In this document: one piece after another, positions 47,833-57,879 of the stretch
Numbering within the stretch: the stretch's first letter is position 1
Layout of the letters: each line of letters begins with the position of its first letter
Assembly: GCA_030754595.1 (NCBI GenBank)
Contig: JASLZZ010000030.1
Span: 1-58,187 of the forward strand
From: Nitrospinota bacterium
GTDB lineage: Bacteria > UBA8248
Direction: 5' to 3'
DNA: 58,187 nucleotides
Translations under genes and position numbers: made by a program
The notes under the pieces: model-generated
Database searches by the model: none
What the model saw: only the letters and a program-made list of their open reading frames with translations
Told to the model about the DNA's origin: nothing

Positions 47833-48636
47833 ATGCCCAGAATCAAGGCGGGTGAAATACACCTGAACTACGCCGACGAGGGCGAGGGTGAGCCGTTCCT
47901 TTTCATCCCGGGGCTGATGGGCCTCTTGAACGCCTGGGACTTTCAGATTCCCCATTTCTCGAAAAATTACCGCTGCATCACCTTCGACCACCGGGGAACG
48001 GGCGAGAGCGACAAGCCCGATAACGCCTACTCGACGGATTTCATTGCACAAGACGCGGTCGGGCTGCTCGATGCGCTGGGAATCGAGCGGGCCCACGTCG
48101 CGGGAACCTCCACCGGAGGCTGCGTCCTTCAGAACCTCGCCCTCGATTATCCGGAGCGCCTGCACTGCTGCATCTTCACGAACACCTGGACCAAGGCCGA
48201 CCCCTACATGACCCGCCTTCAGACCTCGCGCAAACAAATCGCCCAGGCCTACGGCACCGAGGAATACATCAAGTTCAGCTCGCTCTGGACCTGCGGGGCG
48301 ACTCAGTTTCACAACATGTACGAAAACCTCCTGGCGCTCGAAGAACGCCAGAAGGCGACCATCGCCCCGGTCGAGGTGCTCGTCGCCCGGCTCGACATGA
48401 CGCTTAATCACGACCGGAAAAGCGAGCTAACAAAAATCGACAAACCCTCGCTCATCATCGCCGCCAAGGACGACGCGCTCACCCCGCCCCATTTCGCGCA
48501 GGAGCTACAGGGCTACATCGAGGGCTCCGAGCTCGTCGTGCTCGAAGAAGGGGGCCACTACAGCTACCGCCGGAGTCACGGGGAGTGGAACCGGGCGGCC
48601 GAGACGTTTCTCAAGAAAAATGAAGGCAAAACCTAA
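47833..48636 (+). CDS. Alpha/beta hydrolase (3-oxoadipate enol-lactonase-like).
   Basis: The GTSTGG nucleophile elbow is present, with catalytic Asp and His in the C-terminal third. Confidence 0.8.
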   Translation: MPRIKAGEIHLNYADEGEGEPFLFIPGLMGLLNAWDFQIPHFSKNYRCITFDHRGTGESDKPDNAYSTDFIAQDAVGLLDALGIERAHVAGTSTGGCVLQNLALDYPERLHCCIFTNTWTKADPYMTRLQTSRKQIAQAYGTEEYIKFSSLWTCGATQFHNMYENLLALEERQKATIAPVEVLVARLDMTLNHDRKSELTKIDKPSLIIAAKDDALTPPHFAQELQGYIEGSELVVLEEGGHYSYRRSHGEWNRAAETFLKKNEGKT

Positions 48637-48678
48637 AACCATATCGGCCTGGAAGACTGGTATCCGGGCTGAAACCGG

Positions 48679-51600
48679 TTAGTTCGTCGGATTGGCGCCG
48701 GGCAGAATCTCGCCGGCCTCCTTGCCGGCGCCGGCGCCGTTGCCGCCCCAGGAGAGCCCGGCCTCGCCGGGGTGCCCGTTTTCCCCGCCGCGCAGGCAGG
48801 GGGCGGCGCTCGCGGGCATGAGTTTTTCCTGAAAATCCACCCACAACGAAAACACCACCGGAATCAGGAGCAGGGTGAAGATCGTCGAGGTGGCGAGACC
48901 GCCGAGCACGGCCGAGCCCAGCCCGCGGTAGAGCTCGCTCCCCGAGCCCGACGAAACCACGAGGGGCAGCATCCCCAGAACGGTCGTGGTCATCGTCATG
49001 AAAATCGGGCGCATGCGGTCGCGGACGCTCTCTAGAATCGCTTCCCGCATCGGCATTCCGCCGCGGGAGTGATTCAGGGCCTGATGGACGAGGAGGATCG
49101 CGTTGTTCACGACGATTCCCGTCAAGATGATGAACCCGAGCATCGCCAGCGTATCCATCTTCACCGACGATTCGATCGAATTCATGAAGCTGATCGCCAG
49201 CACGCCGCCCGTCGAGGCCAGGGGCACGCTGAACATGATGATGAACGGATAGCTCCAGGCCTCGAACAGCGAGGCCATCAGCAAATAGGTAATCACGAGC
49301 GCGAGGAGAAACGACCACTTGAGAGCGTCCCAGGTGCGCTCGAGATCCTTCGCGCGCCCCCCCACCTCGACCGAGTAACCCAGCGGCAGCTTCGCCCGGA
49401 TCGGATCGACCACTTCGCGCCGCATCCGCTCGATGGCCACCTGGAGGGGCAGCGTATCGGCGAGGTTGACGGTGAGCTTCACCGAGCGGTCGCGGTCGAT
49501 GTGCTCGATTTTCGTTGGACCCAGCGCCTGCCGTATCTCGGCGATATCGCCGAGTTGAACCGAGCGGCCGTCGGGGGTGTAAACCGTAATCTGGGATAGC
49601 TCCTGGGTGCGTGTGAATTTCTCCTTCGAGTCGCGGAGGACGATGTCGAGCTCTTTTCCCTGATCGCGGAAAATCCCGGCCTGGGTGCCGTTCACCAGCG
49701 TCTCGACGATATCGCCCAACTCCGTCACCGACAGCCCCAGGTCGGCCGCTTTCTCCCGGTCCACGTGCACCTGGAGTTCGGGGTTGCCCAGGTCGAAGCT
49801 GCTGTTCACGAATCGAACGCCCGGAAGCCTTCTCGACTTCTCCGCCACCTCGCCGGCTATCCGCTGAATCTCCTCGAGGCTGTCCCCGGTGACGTCCACC
49901 TGCAGGTTGATTCCCCCGATGAAGCCGGACCCTCTCCGCCTGAACAGCGACACCTGGGTCACAAACCCCCTGATCCCCGGGAATCCCTGAATCACTCCGA
50001 ACAGTTTCCGGACCAGTTTCCGCATCGATTCCTGATCCGAATACTCCTTCTTGGCGATGAGCCCCAGGAGCGGATTCACCGGCCGAACCACCGCGAAGAA
50101 CCGGTCCGCCTCCTTCACGCGCTTCAGCCGGCCCTCGAGTTGGCCCATGATTTTATCCATCTGGTCGAGATTGAGGCCGGGCGGGGTCCTCAGGAATATG
50201 AACAGTAGGTTCCGGTTGCCCTTGGGCAGATAGTCGATTGGCGGGAAAAAATGCCACGCCAGGAAAATCGACCCCGCCGTCACCGCCGAGGCGATGAACA
50301 GGCGGAACACCACCCCCTTCATCAACCATTCGATCAGAGCGACGAACCGATCCCGGAAAACCCGGCCAAGCCAGTATATTCCGGTGAGGGAGATGAGGCG
50401 GGAAAGCAGGGATTCTTCGTCCGATCTCCTGAGCATACGCGAACTCAGCATCGGCACCACCGAGATCGAAACGATAAGGGAAAGCCCCACCGCCACGCTG
50501 ATGGCGATGGCGATGTCGCGGAAGAGTTGTCCCGTTTCGTCTTGTACGAATATCACGGGCAGAAACACCGCCAAGGTCGTCAGCGTCGAGGCCAGCACCG
50601 CTCCCCAGACCTCGACCCCGCCGTCCACCGCCGCCTGCCACCGATCCTTGCCCATTTCGCGGTGGCGGAAAATGTTCTCCAATACGACGATCGAATTGTC
50701 CACGACCATTCCCACCGCGAAAGCGAGCCCCGCGAGGGAGATGATGTTAATCGAGCGTCCGAGCAGAAATATAAAAATAAACGTCGAAATCATCGCGACC
50801 GGAATCGCTATCGCTATGACGACCACGCTGGAAACGCTGCCGAGGAAAAGGAGAAGAACGCCGACGGCGAGCGCGCCGCCGATATAAATATTATTGATCA
50901 CCAAACCGCGAGACTGATAAATGTAATCCGTCTCGTCGTACACCTGGCGGAGTTTGATGTCCCGTCCATCATAAATCCGGTTGATTTCCTTCATTGTCTC
51001 CTTGAGTTTCGCCATCACCTCGATCGTATTCGCCCCGGTTCTGCGCCGAACGCTGAAAGCAAGAGTGGGTTTCGTCGAAACCCGGACCCGGCGCGTCGGG
51101 TCCTCGTAGTCGAATTGCACCTTGGCGATATCGCGGAGATAGACGGGACCGGCGGGAAGCCGGTCGATAATCGTGTTGCGAAGTTGATCGAGTTGGGTGA
51201 AGTTTCCCACCGTCCGGATGACGTAGCGGCGCTTCCCCTCGTCGATTTTGCCGCCCTTGGTATTCTGGTTTTCTCTCAGAAGGGCTTCGCGCAGGGCCTT
51301 CACCGTAATCCCCCGCGCGTTCATCGCCTGATAATCCAGCGTGATGCGGACCTCCCGGTCCTCGCCCCCGAACATGAACACCGCCCCGACACCCGGCACG
51401 CGCTCTAGTTTTGGCCTGATCACATTGTCGGCGACAACCCGCACCTCGTTAATCGGCCGGCTCGTATTGATGACAATCCAAGCGATGGAATCCTCGGCGT
51501 CGGAGTTCACCGCTCTGATGGTCGGCCGATCGGTGTCATCGGGGAGGTCGCGCACCAGGCCCATTTTCTCGGAAACGTCCAGGCGGGCGACATCTTTATC

Positions 51601-51897
51601 AGTCCCCCAGTCGAACTCCAAAATGACCTTGGATCGGCCTTCCTCGCTTTTGGAAGTCATCTTGGTCAATCCTTCGACCGAGGTGAGTTTTTGCTCGGTC
51701 GGCTCGGTGACTTCCTCTTCGACCTCCAAGGGAGCGGCGCCCTTGTATTTCGTCTCCACCGTGATCACCGGCCGATCGATGGTGGGCTTCATCTGGACCG
51801 GAATGCGGCTCAGGCTGATCCCGCCGAACAGGAGAGCGAGAATGACCCCCACCATCGTCGTCACGGGGTAGCGTACACACCATTTGGGGATGTTCAT
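48679..51897 (-). CDS. RND efflux transporter permease (AcrB/HAE1 family).
   Basis: 1072 aa with 12 TM segments, two large periplasmic loops, and RND motifs. Confidence 0.9.
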   Translation of the reverse strand: MNIPKWCVRYPVTTMVGVILALLFGGISLSRIPVQMKPTIDRPVITVETKYKGAAPLEVEEEVTEPTEQKLTSVEGLTKMTSKSEEGRSKVILEFDWGTDKDVARLDVSEKMGLVRDLPDDTDRPTIRAVNSDAEDSIAWIVINTSRPINEVRVVADNVIRPKLERVPGVGAVFMFGGEDREVRITLDYQAMNARGITVKALREALLRENQNTKGGKIDEGKRRYVIRTVGNFTQLDQLRNTIIDRLPAGPVYLRDIAKVQFDYEDPTRRVRVSTKPTLAFSVRRRTGANTIEVMAKLKETMKEINRIYDGRDIKLRQVYDETDYIYQSRGLVINNIYIGGALAVGVLLLFLGSVSSVVVIAIAIPVAMISTFIFIFLLGRSINIISLAGLAFAVGMVVDNSIVVLENIFRHREMGKDRWQAAVDGGVEVWGAVLASTLTTLAVFLPVIFVQDETGQLFRDIAIAISVAVGLSLIVSISVVPMLSSRMLRRSDEESLLSRLISLTGIYWLGRVFRDRFVALIEWLMKGVVFRLFIASAVTAGSIFLAWHFFPPIDYLPKGNRNLLFIFLRTPPGLNLDQMDKIMGQLEGRLKRVKEADRFFAVVRPVNPLLGLIAKKEYSDQESMRKLVRKLFGVIQGFPGIRGFVTQVSLFRRRGSGFIGGINLQVDVTGDSLEEIQRIAGEVAEKSRRLPGVRFVNSSFDLGNPELQVHVDREKAADLGLSVTELGDIVETLVNGTQAGIFRDQGKELDIVLRDSKEKFTRTQELSQITVYTPDGRSVQLGDIAEIRQALGPTKIEHIDRDRSVKLTVNLADTLPLQVAIERMRREVVDPIRAKLPLGYSVEVGGRAKDLERTWDALKWSFLLALVITYLLMASLFEAWSYPFIIMFSVPLASTGGVLAISFMNSIESSVKMDTLAMLGFIILTGIVVNNAILLVHQALNHSRGGMPMREAILESVRDRMRPIFMTMTTTVLGMLPLVVSSGSGSELYRGLGSAVLGGLATSTIFTLLLIPVVFSLWVDFQEKLMPASAAPCLRGGENGHPGEAGLSWGGNGAGAGKEAGEILPGANPTN

Positions 51898-52526
51898 CCG
51901 CTGGCTCCATGGTTTTCCGTGGACTTCGAGAGGGCAGGTCCCCCGCCTCCTGTGGCTCCCCCGGGGCCGTTAACTTTTTGAAACCACCACCGGCTTACGA
52001 AATTCGAAAGTACGGGATTCCGGCGGCGCCGGAGCAAATAGGCCGCATAAGCCGCCAGGCCCGCCAACGAAGCCAGACGCGCGGTGTCCGGCAGCATCAC
52101 CATCCAAATCGCCAGAGCCACCGCGCCCACCGTCAACGGAACATCGCCCCACGATACCAACGGCATCCGAATCCGGTCCCAGCTGAACGGCGAAAAAAGA
52201 GCCACCCCCGATCGGTTGAACAGATCGCTCACCGTATGCCCCAGCGACGCACTCAGCCACAAATAAACCGCATGCCTGAATTCCCAACCGAACAGGGAAA
52301 GAACGGCGGCGGCCAATACCCCGCCCATCAACAGCCCGATAAACCCATGGGTCACCGTGCGGTGATAGTCGCTGTAAAGCGGTCTGTGGACGGGAAGAAG
52401 AATGACGTCCCAATCGGGGGCGGTGCCAGCCACCGCACATACGGCCAGGTCGGCCGGAGTGGCGCTCCCGCCGAGGGCCAGGCCGCCGATTACAACCCCG
52501 GCGCCCGCGTGGAAAACTCCGTTCAT
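51894..52526 (-). CDS. YdjM-like membrane-bound metal-dependent hydrolase (PF04307), embedded in the RND operon.
   Basis: An HR..THG motif (YHRTVTHGFIG), plus TM helices. It overlaps both neighbouring genes by 4 nt. Confidence 0.6.
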   Translation of the reverse strand: MNGVFHAGAGVVIGGLALGGSATPADLAVCAVAGTAPDWDVILLPVHRPLYSDYHRTVTHGFIGLLMGGVLAAAVLSLFGWEFRHAVYLWLSASLGHTVSDLFNRSGVALFSPFSWDRIRMPLVSWGDVPLTVGAVALAIWMVMLPDTARLASLAGLAAYAAYLLRRRRNPVLSNFVSRWWFQKVNGPGGATGGGGPALSKSTENHGASG

Positions 52527-53860
52527 CCCCGGCGCCCTTTATTGTTTTTGCCTTTTTTCGCGGGCCTTTTTCCCCGCCCTTTTTTACCGCCGGGGCCGAC
52601 TCTTATCTGGCCGGGAAGGCGAACGGTTATTCCGTTGCGGAGTTTTTCATTTCCCTGTACCACCACCCGCATCCCCGGCTTGATCTCCCCGCCGGGAACC
52701 TCGACGAAAGAATCCACGTTTCGGCCGGGCTTGAAGGAAATCTCGCGGACGCGCCCTTTGTCGAAGATGAATACCGAAGCCCCCCTCGGCCGGATCAATA
52801 AGGCGTCCTTCGGGATGAGAACCGACTGGACCGAGGCGCCGTACTCCATGACGATACGGGCGAACATTCCGGCCTTGAGCGCATAGTCGCTCGTATTGTC
52901 GAGCTCGACCTCCACCGGAAACGTGCGGCTCTTGGTGTCCGCCTTGGGAATGATTCTGGCGATGCGCCCGGTGAACACCCGCCCGGGAATGGCATCGAGC
53001 CTCACCCGTGCGGAGTCCCCGACAGTCACGAAAGAAATTTGTTTTTCAGAAACCGGCGCCCGGACAAGGACCTTGCGGGTCTCGATCACTTCACCCACGC
53101 GACCGCCCTTGGCCACCCACTGTCCCACCTCGACGTTTTTTTCGGTCAGGAAACCCGTTAGAGGAGACCGGATGATGGTTTTTCGCAGTTTGTCCTGAAT
53201 GCCAGCGATCCGGGCCCTCATCCGCGCCACCTCGGCCCTGGCCCGGGCGATCTCCTCCTCGCGGGGGCCTATCTCGGACATTCGTAAGTTGTTTTTCTCT
53301 TCGAGATACTGGCTTCGGCTGATCTCGAATTTTGCCACCGCCTGATCGTAGTTCGAGCGGTTCAGAATCTTCTTTCGATAGAGGTCCTCTGCCCGCTTGA
53401 GCCCCAACTCGTCCCGCTTGAGCTCGGCTTCCTTTTCCCTCGCACGGGCCCGATACGCCTCGATCTCCTCCGGGCGGCTCCCCCGCTTCAGCCGCAGGTG
53501 ATCCTGCACGGCCTTGGCCAGCTCCGCTCTTTCGATTCGAAGATCGATTTCAAGGTCCGTTCTTCTCAGCGCGGTAATCACCGTTTTTCCGGCTTCGACC
53601 AGATCGCCCTCCCGGATAGGAGCGGTTTCCACCCGGCCCTCGATCTCGCTGCTCACAATGGAGGTACGATACGGATCGATGGTGCCCACCACGGTGAGCT
53701 GGCTGCGTACGCTGCGCTTGACCGCCTTTTCAACGGACACAACGGGCGGAGGGGGGCGCCGTTTTCCGGGCGGGCCGGCCCTTCCGGCCAAAGCATCGGT
53801 TGTGAAAAAAAGAAGAAGAGCGGCTAAAAAAACGGGAAGCCTGATATTATGAGAGTGCAA
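52523..53860 (-). CDS. RND efflux membrane-fusion protein (periplasmic adaptor, HlyD family).
   Basis: Signal peptide or anchor, a coiled-coil hairpin, and lipoyl-like and beta-barrel domains. Confidence 0.85.
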   Translation of the reverse strand: MHSHNIRLPVFLAALLLFFTTDALAGRAGPPGKRRPPPPVVSVEKAVKRSVRSQLTVVGTIDPYRTSIVSSEIEGRVETAPIREGDLVEAGKTVITALRRTDLEIDLRIERAELAKAVQDHLRLKRGSRPEEIEAYRARAREKEAELKRDELGLKRAEDLYRKKILNRSNYDQAVAKFEISRSQYLEEKNNLRMSEIGPREEEIARARAEVARMRARIAGIQDKLRKTIIRSPLTGFLTEKNVEVGQWVAKGGRVGEVIETRKVLVRAPVSEKQISFVTVGDSARVRLDAIPGRVFTGRIARIIPKADTKSRTFPVEVELDNTSDYALKAGMFARIVMEYGASVQSVLIPKDALLIRPRGASVFIFDKGRVREISFKPGRNVDSFVEVPGGEIKPGMRVVVQGNEKLRNGITVRLPGQIRVGPGGKKGRGKRPAKKGKNNKGRRG

Positions 53861-54113
53861 TAGATCACCTATCTTTCAGGGGCCGTCGCCGGCCGGTCAC
53901 GCGGCAAAACCTTTCGAAATCAATGGATTTCATGTCCTTAAAAACAAGGGGGGTTATCTTCCCAAAGGAGTCCCGGATTCGCAACCGAAAATATCCGGAC
54001 GCTTCTCGCCATGACGAGAAACCTGAACCCATTGAAAATATAGGCCTTCTAAGGCGGCAACCCACTGCCCGGTGAATTTTCGGCCGTATGCCGCCCGGCG
54101 GAGTAGATTCATC

Positions 54114-54142
54114 TTGAGTCCTCCCCGGGGAGGCCCCATAAT
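54114..54142 (+). promoter_or_regulatory. Candidate promoter TTGAGT-N17-CATAAT. The spacer is a perfect 14-nt palindrome CCTCCCCGGGGAGG (54120-54133).
   Basis: Read from the sequence. It lies ~75 bp upstream of the thyX-like ATG. Confidence 0.3.
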
Positions 54143-54216
54143 GAGCCGTCGGTTTCCTTCCGAAATTCCGCCTCAGCGAACAAGTCGCCCCAACTGCCTA
54201 CGAAGGTTTGTCGTCC

Positions 54217-55821
54217 ATGCGGATTGTCCTTGCCGGCCATAACGTCGATGTCGAAGTACTTCGCGAAATCAGGAACGATCTTCTCGAACCCCTCTCCAGC
54301 GGCCTGGTCCGGGAGCGGGTGGAGTCCATGAGTGAGGAAGAGCTCAGGGAGTGGATTGCCGAGGTCCGGTACCGGACGGCCGAGTTTCTCGAAAAAGACA
54401 ACCTCACCCCCGAGCCCATCAGCGCCGCCTACGCGCGCATCAGCCGGGACCCACGCCCGGTGGACGAGTTGCGGGCCATCGCGCGGGCAGAGGTCGAAAA
54501 GGCGCGGAAAAGCAACCGCACGATCATCTTCGGATTCGGCCACAGCTCCGTCGCCGAGCACGCCTCGTTCAACATCGACGTCATCGGCGTCAGCCGCTAC
54601 GCGGTCGAGGAGATTCAGAAATTCCGGCTCCTCGCCTTCACCGAAAAAAGCCAGCGCTACATCCTCCTCGAAGACGATTTCGTCGTCCCCGCGGAAATCA
54701 GGGAAGCGGGCCTCGAAAATATTTTTATCTCGGCCATCAAGTCTCAAAATGCGTGTTATCACCGCCTTTTCGAAAAACTCCGGCCCTGGGTCTTCAAGCG
54801 GAACCCTGAACTGGCCGAATCGAAGAAAAACCACGGCACCCTTGAGGGCTGGGCCAAGGAGGACGCCCGCTATATCGTTTCCCTCGCCACCGAGGCGCAG
54901 ATGGGAATGACGATCAGCGCCAGAAACCTCGAGCATGTTATCTGCCGCTGCGCGTCTCACCCTTTGAGTGAAATCCGGGAATACGGGAAAAAACTCTTCA
55001 AATCCATCGAAGGGGTGGCGCCCTCGCTCGTGAGATACATCGACGCCAGCGAATACCACGTAAAAACCCGGCCGGAGCTCCAACGGACCTCGGAGGAGGT
55101 GTTCGCTCAGTACGGCCATTTGTCCGCCTCTCCGCCGGCATTCGCCAAAGGGGACGTTTCTCTCGTGGACGCGACACCGGACGCGGATATCTTGGTTACG
55201 GCGGCGCTGCTGCACTCCTCCTCTTCCCGGCCCGCCGAGGAGTGCCGGGCGGCGGCCCGCGCGATGGGAGACGAGGAGAGGACACGGTTCATCGCCGAGA
55301 CCTTCCGCCACATGAAGGGGCACGATTCGGTGCTTAGGGAATTTGAAAATGTGCGCTGCGTATTCGAGATCACGCTTTCGGCGGCCTGCTACGGGCAACT
55401 CAAGCGGCATCGCATGGCCACGATGAACACCCAGCCCTACGATCTCTCACTGGGCGTGACAGTGCCCGCGTCGATTTCCGCCGCCGGGGCCGAGGCGGAT
55501 TTCATGGGCGTCGTCGAGGAAACAGGCGCCGCATACCGAAAAATCGCAGAGGCGGCGCCCACGGCGGCCCCCTATGCCCTCACCAACGCTCACCGGCGCA
55601 GGGTGGTCTTCGCCGCGAATGCGAGGGAGTTGTACCACATCTCCCGCCTCCGCGAGGACCCGCACGCCCAATGGGATATCCGCGAGAAATCGGCCAGCAT
55701 GCTCCGCCTGGCAAAAAAAGCGATGCCGGCGACGCTCCAGTTCGCCTTGGGGAAACATCTGGTCGACGAAACGCGCGCCCGGCTTTTCCGGGAAAACTCC
55801 CCGGAAGTCGCCGCCCCCTGA
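54217..55821 (+). CDS. thyX: Tandem-domain flavin-dependent thymidylate synthase (ThyX-like), two fused ThyX domains.
   Basis: Domain 1 has GHSSVAEHASF and FTEKSQRY, the ThyX RHR-x7-S region with a degenerate RHR. Domain 2 has GHDSVLREFENV, LKRHRMATMNTQ and PHAQWDIRE (cf. DSHAQWEI). Confidence 0.65.
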   Translation: MRIVLAGHNVDVEVLREIRNDLLEPLSSGLVRERVESMSEEELREWIAEVRYRTAEFLEKDNLTPEPISAAYARISRDPRPVDELRAIARAEVEKARKSNRTIIFGFGHSSVAEHASFNIDVIGVSRYAVEEIQKFRLLAFTEKSQRYILLEDDFVVPAEIREAGLENIFISAIKSQNACYHRLFEKLRPWVFKRNPELAESKKNHGTLEGWAKEDARYIVSLATEAQMGMTISARNLEHVICRCASHPLSEIREYGKKLFKSIEGVAPSLVRYIDASEYHVKTRPELQRTSEEVFAQYGHLSASPPAFAKGDVSLVDATPDADILVTAALLHSSSSRPAEECRAAARAMGDEERTRFIAETFRHMKGHDSVLREFENVRCVFEITLSAACYGQLKRHRMATMNTQPYDLSLGVTVPASISAAGAEADFMGVVEETGAAYRKIAEAAPTAAPYALTNAHRRRVVFAANARELYHISRLREDPHAQWDIREKSASMLRLAKKAMPATLQFALGKHLVDETRARLFRENSPEVAAP

Positions 55822-56128
55822 TGAGGCTCCATCCGGCGCCCCAGTGATTGGCCGGCTCCGGCAGCAGGCCTGGACCGGAGGTTCCCGGGCATCCATGGCC
55901 GACCCGCTAAAAAAATCCCTCCCCGCTTTCCCCCCGGTGTATTTCTCCCGTTGTACTTCGGATTCGTCCCATTATTAGCTTAACAGCCGCAGTTAACCGG
56001 GAGGCAAGGGCTTATTGTCATTTTGACATGCCCCCTCGGGAGAATTTCAGGACTCCCCCAGGGTTTCAATTTAAAAGAAGCCAGGGTGCGCGGATCGCCT
56101 CATATTGAATCAGAGAGTAGGCTGGGCA

Positions 56129-56275
56129 ATGAATTGGGACTTCGCGTTTTTAGGTTTGGTGATCGTTTCCTTCCTCACCGCGTTTTATTTTCTCAATTGG
56201 GGCCGGGCGAGGAATAGCCATCTCGACGAAAAAGATTCCTGGAAATTCAACAATCCGGGCGGAGGAGGCGTCTAG
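56129..56275 (+). CDS. Possible 48-aa small membrane protein.
   Basis: The ORF MNWDFAFLGLVIVSFLTAFYFLNW... has a hydrophobic core. The RBS is weak. Confidence 0.2.
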   Translation: MNWDFAFLGLVIVSFLTAFYFLNWGRARNSHLDEKDSWKFNNPGGGGV

Positions 56276-56531
56276 GCCCTACGCGTATAGAGCGTCCGCG
56301 TAATCAGGGCTTCCGGATACCTGCAATCTCCCCAACCTATCTTTCCGTTTCCGGTCTGAACTCGCGTTTCATTCCAAGGGGATCTTTTTAGGGGGCGTCT
56401 CACCGCCCGCTAAGCGGATAGATGCGCCAAAAGCGATTTTCCATGGCCTCCGCTTTCGGAAACCGTGCGCCACGCCGGGGTTATCCCTGCTAAAGTGTCA
56501 TGGGTTGGAGAGGAGGCTATTTTCGCACACG

Positions 56532-57113
56532 ATGAGATACCTTGGTGACTGGAATTTTTTGAACTGGTGGTGGTGGCAGCCGATCGTCGAGCCCATCGCG
56601 GGGCTGTTATGGCTAATTTCGTTCGTGCTTCTAGGGACTTTGATTTACTCGTTTGTGAGCAGCCGGACCAAAATGTCCGATTACCGGGAGATGTTCATAT
56701 CCCCCGAGGAAATCAACTCGAAATTGCCCACGGACGAAGCGGAGATAGGCGCGTTTTTGGAAGCGACGTATCCGGAAATTTTCGAGGATGAGATTCTCGA
56801 GATGGAAGAATTACTCGATACCGTAATCCGCAGGGATATTCATCCGGATATGGCCAGTGAAATAGAGAAAAGGGGCATCCCGGTGCACTTACTTGCTCTT
56901 CCCTCTCCCGGAGTGGTGAAGGAGGTGGGGAGCGTCCCCCTGGCGGTCTGGATTCCCGCGATGGGCGCTATCGAGATTTATGCAGCGCCGATGAAATACC
57001 ACTGCGGCGGAAATTCAAAAGCTTATCGAGGTTATATGGGAAATTTATTGTTGCACGAGATGGGCCATGCCCTGGGATTGGATGAACATAAAATCAAGGA
57101 TTTCGGCGTATAG
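56532..57113 (+). CDS. Membrane-anchored zincin-like metallopeptidase, with HEMGHALGLDEH at the extreme C-terminus.
   Basis: The HExxHxxGxxD/H motif is matrixin/snapalysin-like. An N-terminal TM helix is present. A strong SD GGAGAGGAGG sits 14 nt before the ATG at 56532. GC is lower than in the surroundings. Confidence 0.55.
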   Translation: MRYLGDWNFLNWWWWQPIVEPIAGLLWLISFVLLGTLIYSFVSSRTKMSDYREMFISPEEINSKLPTDEAEIGAFLEATYPEIFEDEILEMEELLDTVIRRDIHPDMASEIEKRGIPVHLLALPSPGVVKEVGSVPLAVWIPAMGAIEIYAAPMKYHCGGNSKAYRGYMGNLLLHEMGHALGLDEHKIKDFGV

Positions 57114-57144
57114 GCGATCTCAGGAAACCGAACCGAAGAATTAT

Positions 57145-57342
57145 TTAATTCCCTTCATCGCCATTTTCGCTCGCCAACGATTCATAGAAATCGAACACAA
57201 TCATGATAATCACACCAAATATGATGATCCCGAGAGGAATCGACGGCACCTTATAAATGTAAAAACCCAGGAACACCACAACAAACAATACAGCGATAAA
57301 ACCGGCTAATTTATTCGCCATCTGTTTTATTAACCTCCCCAA
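57145..57342 (-). CDS. Small 2-TM membrane protein of unknown function.
   Basis: 65 aa with two hydrophobic helices, in an AT-rich region. Confidence 0.35.
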   Translation of the reverse strand: MGRLIKQMANKLAGFIAVLFVVVFLGFYIYKVPSIPLGIIIFGVIIMIVFDFYESLASENGDEGN

Positions 57343-57370
57343 AATCCATTTCGCTTCCTTAGATACCTTA

Positions 57371-57782
57371 TTATTCGCTCACGGCTCCTTCGAGCCAACG
57401 GGCCGTCCTGAGCAGCCTGGCGTCATCACCCTTGGGCCCAATCAACTGGACCCCGATGGGCATCCCGTTCGATCCCTCGAGGAGAGGAAGGGTCACCGCC
57501 GGAACACCGCACAAGGTCCAAATCGTGCAAAAAATCGGACTCCCGGTCGATTCCAACCCGACGGGGGCTTCTCCGGTGGCCCCCCGGCGTGATAATCGCA
57601 TCGAACACGTCAAATATCTGGCCAAGCAGCCCGTTCAAATACAGCCGCTGATCTATTGCGCGGTTATAATCCACCGCGAGAACTTTTTGCCCCCGCTCGA
57701 TCATTTCCCGGAGAACGGAGCTGATTTCCTCTTTCCCCCGCTCATAGTCATCGTGAAAATTCCTAGCGATGTCCGCTTCCAT
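57371..57782 (-). pseudogene. Frameshifted C-terminal remnant of an amidase-signature enzyme gene, 5'-truncated (probably by the adjacent IS).
   Basis: ...CGVPAVTLPLLEGSNGMPIGVQLIGPKGDDARLLRTARWLE is a typical AS-amidase C-terminus. The upstream part lies in another frame, and there is no N-terminal catalytic region. Confidence 0.6.
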
Positions 57783-57879
57783 AATCGTTTGGTGTAAATC
57801 GACCGCGCCGTCGAAATTACCTGGAAGCCCAATTTCCTCGGCATTTTCACCCAGATGCTCGGCCAGTTCTTCAAAACCT

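Noticed and set aside
54109-55410. A 433-aa ORF on the minus strand, opposite the thyX-like gene.
   Set aside because: It is antisense to a well-supported CDS with clear family motifs. Long antisense shadow ORFs are expected in 60-65% GC DNA, and it has no recognisable domains and a low-complexity composition.
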